From assembly GCA_002792315.1 (NCBI GenBank), contig PFOB01000019.1, forward strand, positions 1 to 58,443: 58,443 nucleotides of DNA. Direction: 5' to 3'. Made by a program: the position numbers and the translations under genes. Shown here piece by piece: positions 54,148 to 58,443 of this stretch. The stretch is from Candidatus Roizmanbacteria bacterium CG_4_10_14_0_2_um_filter_39_13. GTDB taxonomy: Bacteria; Patescibacteriota; Microgenomatia; UBA1406; GWC2-37-13. The first letter of the stretch is position 1; the number at the start of each line of letters is the position of its first letter. A model generated the notes under the pieces. It saw only the letters and a list, made by a program, of their open reading frames with translations, had not been told where the DNA came from and made no database searches.

Positions 54148-55234
54148 TAAAAAATCACTTCCCACAACAATATTACTTGTGTCGCTTGCTATTGTTTTTT
54201 CGTTGATCGGGCTTATTTTTGTATTTGAAGCATCATCAATTCGTGCTCTTCAAGCGACGGGAGATAGTTTTCATTTTCTCAAATTGCAGCTTCGTTGGAT
54301 TGGATTGGGAATTGTTGCAATGATTTTTTTCTCTGTTTACAACTATAAACAACTGTATTATTTTGCATTTCCGTTGATGGCCGGAGTTATCATTCTTCTC
54401 CTAGTCGTTCTCATTCCATCAATCGGTCAGCAAGTGGGAGGAGCTCGTCGCTGGATTGACCTAGGGATTATCACCATTCAACCAACGGAATTTGCGAAGC
54501 TTGCGGCAATTATCTATCTTGCATCGTGGTTTAGTAAAAAGGAGAAAAACCGCTTTACTCCATTCCTTATACTGACGGGATTTTTAATGGGTCTTATTTT
54601 ACTCCAACCAGATATGGGAACAGCCATTATTATTTTTGCACTAAGCGTCATAATGTACTTTCTTGCAGGACAGCAGTTACAATATCTTCTTGGGTTAATT
54701 CCAATTTCAATCGGTGGATTTATCGCGCTCATTTTTGCTGCGCCGTATAGACTTCGTCGGTTAACTGCCTTTCTCAATCCTTCTGAGGATCCGCTTGGGG
54801 TAGGTTTTCATATCAATCAAATACTTATCTCTCTTTCTGAAGGAGGATTTACGGGACGAGGTTTTGGCGCATCTCGGCAAAAGTATTTATTTCTTCCGGA
54901 AGCTCATACGGATTCAATATTTGCCATTATGGGAGAAGAACTTGGGTTTGTTGGTGGAGTACTGATTATTTTTTTCTATGTTGTCTTGCTTTTTAAATTA
55001 TATGAAATATATAATGCAACGTCAGACCATTTTGGGAAGCTTTTGATAGGTGGAATATTTACTTTTTTTGGACTTCAGGTAATGATTAATCTGGGAGGCA
55101 TGGTTAATCTGATGCCACTTACTGGAGTTACTCTCCCATTTTTGTCATATGGAGGATCTTCAATGATCACCTCCTTTATGCTGTTGGGAGTTGCAATAAA
55201 CGTTGCACGACAGGCAAAGCTTTCGAAGAATTGA
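54110..55234 (+). CDS. ftsW: SEDS-family peptidoglycan polymerase FtsW
   Basis: Polytopic. LPEAHTDSIFAIMGEELGF and LPFLSYGGSS blocks. Started at ATG 54110 (MRRKTRIRNL). The tracked ORF start at 53978 lies inside murD. Confidence 0.85.
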   Translation: MRRKTRIRNLRADKKSLPTTILLVSLAIVFSLIGLIFVFEASSIRALQATGDSFHFLKLQLRWIGLGIVAMIFFSVYNYKQLYYFAFPLMAGVIILLLVVLIPSIGQQVGGARRWIDLGIITIQPTEFAKLAAIIYLASWFSKKEKNRFTPFLILTGFLMGLILLQPDMGTAIIIFALSVIMYFLAGQQLQYLLGLIPISIGGFIALIFAAPYRLRRLTAFLNPSEDPLGVGFHINQILISLSEGGFTGRGFGASRQKYLFLPEAHTDSIFAIMGEELGFVGGVLIIFFYVVLLFKLYEIYNATSDHFGKLLIGGIFTFFGLQVMINLGGMVNLMPLTGVTLPFLSYGGSSMITSFMLLGVAINVARQAKLSKN

Positions 55235-55245
55235 TACAATAGTAT

Positions 55246-56358
55246 ATGCACGCCATAAAGAAAATCATTATTACGGGAGGTCATCCCGCACCGGCACTCG
55301 CGATCATAGATCAGTTGAAAAAAGATCATCCTCCTGTAGAGATCGTTTTTGTGGGACGAAAATATAATAATGCGCAAGAGAAATCTGAAAGTTTTGAGTA
55401 TCAAGAAATAAATAAACGTTCAATTCAGTTTATTAACCTTGATGCTGGACGGGTTACGAGAGTGTTTTCTTTGCAATCATTATTAAACATATTACGTATT
55501 CCATTTGGATTTGTTCATGCATTAGTTATTCTTATGCAACAGAAGCCAAATGTCATTCTTACCTTTGGAGGATACTTGAGTTTACCCATGGCATTTATTG
55601 GATACCTTTTTGGCATTCCAGTCTATATTCACGAACAAACCATTCGACCAGGATCAGCAAATAAAATCATCTCTTATCTTGCAAAAAAAATATTTATCTC
55701 TTTCGAACAATCAATAAAGTTTTTTCCTTCAGATAAAAGCATTCTGACGGGAAATCCGGTGAGAACAAGTATATTTGAAGATAATCATGGAACAATAGTG
55801 AGAGATGAGTCAGTACCATGCATCTATATTACCGGTGGATCCTTGGGGTCACATGCAATAAATATTCTTTTTGAAAATATTGTTCCAAAGCTTCTTGAGA
55901 AGTACTGCATCGTTCATCAAACAGGCAATGTTGAAGCATATGGTGATTTCAATCTACTGAATGATTTAAAGAAATCTCTTCCATCAAATCTGCAGAAAAG
56001 ATATATTTTGAAAACTCATATTTCAAACGAAGATATTGGAGCGGTGTATAAAGCGGCAGATCTTGTTGTCGGTCGATCAGGAGCAAATACGTGTTTTGAG
56101 CTTGTTGCGTTACATAAACCAGCACTTCTCATTCCGCTGCCGTGGTCAGCATATGATGAACAGCAAAAGCAAGCCGCACTTCTTTCATCGTTTGGTGCCG
56201 CAGAGCTTTTTGATCAATATGATTCAAGTATGGATCTGCTAGAACTTATTTATAAAATGATGGATAATATAAAGGTCTATGAAGAAGCGTATCAAAAAAT
56301 TTCTGGAATTTATAAATCCGATGCAGTTTCCCGCATTATCACTGAAATTTTTTCTTAA
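55246..56358 (+). CDS. murG: UDP-GlcNAc--lipid I GlcNAc transferase
   Basis: IIITGGHPAPALA, ITGGSLGS and GRSGANTCFELVALHKPALLIPLP. Confidence 0.85.
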   Translation: MHAIKKIIITGGHPAPALAIIDQLKKDHPPVEIVFVGRKYNNAQEKSESFEYQEINKRSIQFINLDAGRVTRVFSLQSLLNILRIPFGFVHALVILMQQKPNVILTFGGYLSLPMAFIGYLFGIPVYIHEQTIRPGSANKIISYLAKKIFISFEQSIKFFPSDKSILTGNPVRTSIFEDNHGTIVRDESVPCIYITGGSLGSHAINILFENIVPKLLEKYCIVHQTGNVEAYGDFNLLNDLKKSLPSNLQKRYILKTHISNEDIGAVYKAADLVVGRSGANTCFELVALHKPALLIPLPWSAYDEQQKQAALLSSFGAAELFDQYDSSMDLLELIYKMMDNIKVYEEAYQKISGIYKSDAVSRIITEIFS

Positions 56359-57049
56359 AAAAATATACTTTTTCCTCTTCATTATTTCTCTGGGAGTTTG
56401 GATTGTTCTTTTTCACTCCATAGACAATGAGTATAGAGTTAGGACTATAACCGTAATCGGAAAATCGGATGCGGAAAGCGTTATCGGTACAACAGCACTC
56501 CTTAACAAAAATATATGGTTTATTGATGAAATTAAAGCGAGAGAAGTGATCAATAAAATAAATCCTTTCTATGAAATAACGAAGATCCAAAAGGAGTATC
56601 CAAGCACGCTTTCAATATCTGTTCGTCGTCTCTATCCATCAGCTTATCTTGATGTTGGAAATGGATTCCTATTATTGAGCAAAGAAGGTAACATTCTTCA
56701 AAAGGATCGCATTCTTTCGCGTGATTCTATTCCAATTATTACCTATTATCAAGACATTCCTTATTCAGGATATCACGCAGGAGATATCATTGATAAAAAA
56801 GACATTCGTGACGTACTGTATTATATTGAGGTGGTAGAACGTGCAAAGGAGAAGGTTATTCGTATTGATATTGCTGGATATCATATGCTAGGATTATATA
56901 CAGATGACCATGAATATTTATTTTCATCAGAAAAAGAACGTGAGCTTCAGTTGTATCAATTTGAAGAAGCTATAAAGCAATTTCAGATACAAGGAATTAC
57001 GTATTCAAGAATTGATTTTAGATTTGACAAACCAGTGGTTAAATTTTGA
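56279..57049 (+). CDS. ftsQ: FtsQ/DivIB-like division protein (TM + POTRA)
   Basis: One TM, then a VRTITVIGKS POTRA-like start. Canonical position between murG and ftsA. Start uncertain (56279 or 56321); both overlap the murG end. Confidence 0.6.
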   Translation: MKKRIKKFLEFINPMQFPALSLKFFLKKIYFFLFIISLGVWIVLFHSIDNEYRVRTITVIGKSDAESVIGTTALLNKNIWFIDEIKAREVINKINPFYEITKIQKEYPSTLSISVRRLYPSAYLDVGNGFLLLSKEGNILQKDRILSRDSIPIITYYQDIPYSGYHAGDIIDKKDIRDVLYYIEVVERAKEKVIRIDIAGYHMLGLYTDDHEYLFSSEKERELQLYQFEEAIKQFQIQGITYSRIDFRFDKPVVKF

Positions 57050-57094
57050 ACATTTTAAACCAATTAACTCATTAATATTTGATATCATTACTTC

Positions 57095-58369
57095 ATGGCT
57101 GAGTCATTAATCTGTGGAATAGATATTGGAAGTACAAAAGTTGCAACCATTGTTGGTATTTCTTCAGAAGACTCAGATGAAATACGCATAATTGGGTTTA
57201 ATGCAGCCCCTACGCGAGGAGTAAAAAAAGGGTTAATTGTCGATATTGATCAAGCATCAGCCTCAGTTGAAAAAAGTACTGAAAAAGCAGAACGAATGGC
57301 AGGACATCAGATAAAGGAAGCTTTCGTGACGGTCGGAGGTCCGCACATATCGTCAATAAACTCTCATGGAATTGTAGCGGTGGCAAATCCGCAGTTTGAA
57401 GTGGTGGAAGAGGATGTGCTTCGAGTGATTGATGCAGCACGTGCAATATCTCTTTCAAATACCCGGCAGATCATTGAAGTTACCCCAAGAGAATATAGCG
57501 TTGATGGTCAGGGTGGAATTAACAATCCAATTGGGATGAGTGGGGTTAGGCTTGAAGTTGATACTCATATTATCACGGCATCAGCCACAAATCTCAAAAA
57601 CATCGATAAAGTTCTCAATGATCTTGGCGTCAAAAATTTAGGATATATTTTTTCAGGAGTTGCCGCAGCAGATTCGGTCTTAACCGATACTGAAAAGGAT
57701 CTTGGTGTTGCGCTTGTAGATATTGGTGGGGGAAAAATTGATATTTGCATTTATGTTGAAGGGGCATTGTCATATTCCTCCTCGATTCCAATTGGAGCTC
57801 GTCACATAAGCAATGATTTGGCAGTTGGCCTTCGTGTCTCTCTTGACTCTGCAGAAAAAATCAAATTATACCTCAGCAACAACAAGCAAAAAGTTGAAGA
57901 AGCGATGAAAAAAAAGGATAAAGATTTCTTAAGTTCAGCAAAAATGAATATTCCAGAAAAACTGCCTGATGCAACACCTCGTGAAATAGTTGATGGCATC
58001 ATTGGCCCGAGAATAGAAGAGATTTTTTCATACATTAAAGAAGAGATCGTGAAAAGTGAGTTTGAAAAGCATATTCCGTCGGGACTTGTTATTACTGGTG
58101 GAGGCGCTTTGACCATTGGAATGGTCGAACAAGGTAAACGTATCGTTCGCCTTCCAATTCGGATTGGTATACCTGATAAAGCCTCTGGTTTAGTCGACGA
58201 AGTGATGAATCCCATGTATGCATCAACTCTGGGGCTTGTCTATTATGGCGGTAAGCAAATGTTTAGTGATGATACTTCGTATAAAGATTTTAATTCAATT
58301 CTGAAAAACTTCTCAATGAATGATATAATTTCGAAAGTCAAAAAACTGTTCAAACAGTTTTTACCATAA
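57095..58369 (+). CDS. ftsA: cell division protein FtsA
   Basis: GIDIGSTKV and DIGGGKIDI actin-fold phosphate motifs. C-terminal amphipathic helix ISKVKKLFKQFL. Confidence 0.9.
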   Translation: MAESLICGIDIGSTKVATIVGISSEDSDEIRIIGFNAAPTRGVKKGLIVDIDQASASVEKSTEKAERMAGHQIKEAFVTVGGPHISSINSHGIVAVANPQFEVVEEDVLRVIDAARAISLSNTRQIIEVTPREYSVDGQGGINNPIGMSGVRLEVDTHIITASATNLKNIDKVLNDLGVKNLGYIFSGVAAADSVLTDTEKDLGVALVDIGGGKIDICIYVEGALSYSSSIPIGARHISNDLAVGLRVSLDSAEKIKLYLSNNKQKVEEAMKKKDKDFLSSAKMNIPEKLPDATPREIVDGIIGPRIEEIFSYIKEEIVKSEFEKHIPSGLVITGGGALTIGMVEQGKRIVRLPIRIGIPDKASGLVDEVMNPMYASTLGLVYYGGKQMFSDDTSYKDFNSILKNFSMNDIISKVKKLFKQFLP

Positions 58370-58443
58370 TCATAAATGGGGATTATGAATCCTTGCTAGT
58401 GACAAATTGATATTTCGTAGTATCATATAGTCATAATTGAGAA

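Noticed and set aside
1-58443. Alternative genetic code (UGA recoded), CRISPR arrays, tRNA/rRNA genes, IS elements or prophage
   Set aside because: UGA functions as a stop in several ATGA overlaps (1969-1972, 2877-2880, 52888-52891) and all long ORFs are intact under code 11. No spaced direct-repeat arrays, no cloverleaf candidates in the short spacers, and no transposase or integrase motifs were seen. This was visual inspection only; tRNAscan-SE, Infernal and minCED would be decisive.

Overview
AT-rich, very gene-dense chromosomal core segment with about 60 CDS on both strands. I found no rRNA, tRNA, CRISPR array, transposase or integrase. The standard code applies: UGA is used as a stop, including in many 4-nt ATGA start/stop overlaps. 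Small membrane-anchored envelope proteins, an archaeal-type AMP/thymidine phosphorylase and short Mur enzymes suggest a small-genome Gram-positive-like or CPR/Patescibacteria-type bacterium, but that is inference only. Cell-envelope and division genes dominate, as a dcw supercluster split into three blocks. Block 1 is murJ-phosphorylase-mltG, divergent from mraZ-rsmH-ftsL-ftsI-murE-pgeF-murC-murB-murA. Block 2 is yvcK-dgkA-mraY. Block 3 is class A PBP-PP-loop protein-murD-ftsW-murG-ftsQ-ftsA. Other envelope genes include a second class A PBP, LCP, VanW, a sortase, an amidase and an orphan solute-binding protein. Housekeeping genes are dtd, metG, rpsO-pnp, ftsK, tpiA, a UvrD/PcrA-like helicase, serB-serA-serC and a cyclophilin. 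Most interesting observations: (1) On the minus strand at 3967-3786 there is a promoter, an apparently leaderless 20-codon leader ORF with three consecutive His codons, and four GC-rich segments able to form 1:2, 2:3 and 3:4 (terminator) pairings. This is a textbook ribosome-mediated attenuator, and it sits in front of (2) a translationally coupled operon of unrecognised logic: nucleoside hydrolase, HAD phosphatase and an HTH-phosphoribosyltransferase fusion. (3) A PP-loop ATPase is translationally coupled between a class A PBP and murD, and is a candidate MurL-type UDP-MurNAc-L-Ala-L-Glu epimerase. (4) A 711-aa bitopic protein of unknown function lies 3 nt upstream of a sortase, and a small LPETG protein follows mraY. 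(5) -10 hexamers recur 5-8 nt upstream of start codons, suggesting leaderless mRNAs. All family calls come from motifs read by eye; no database search was possible.
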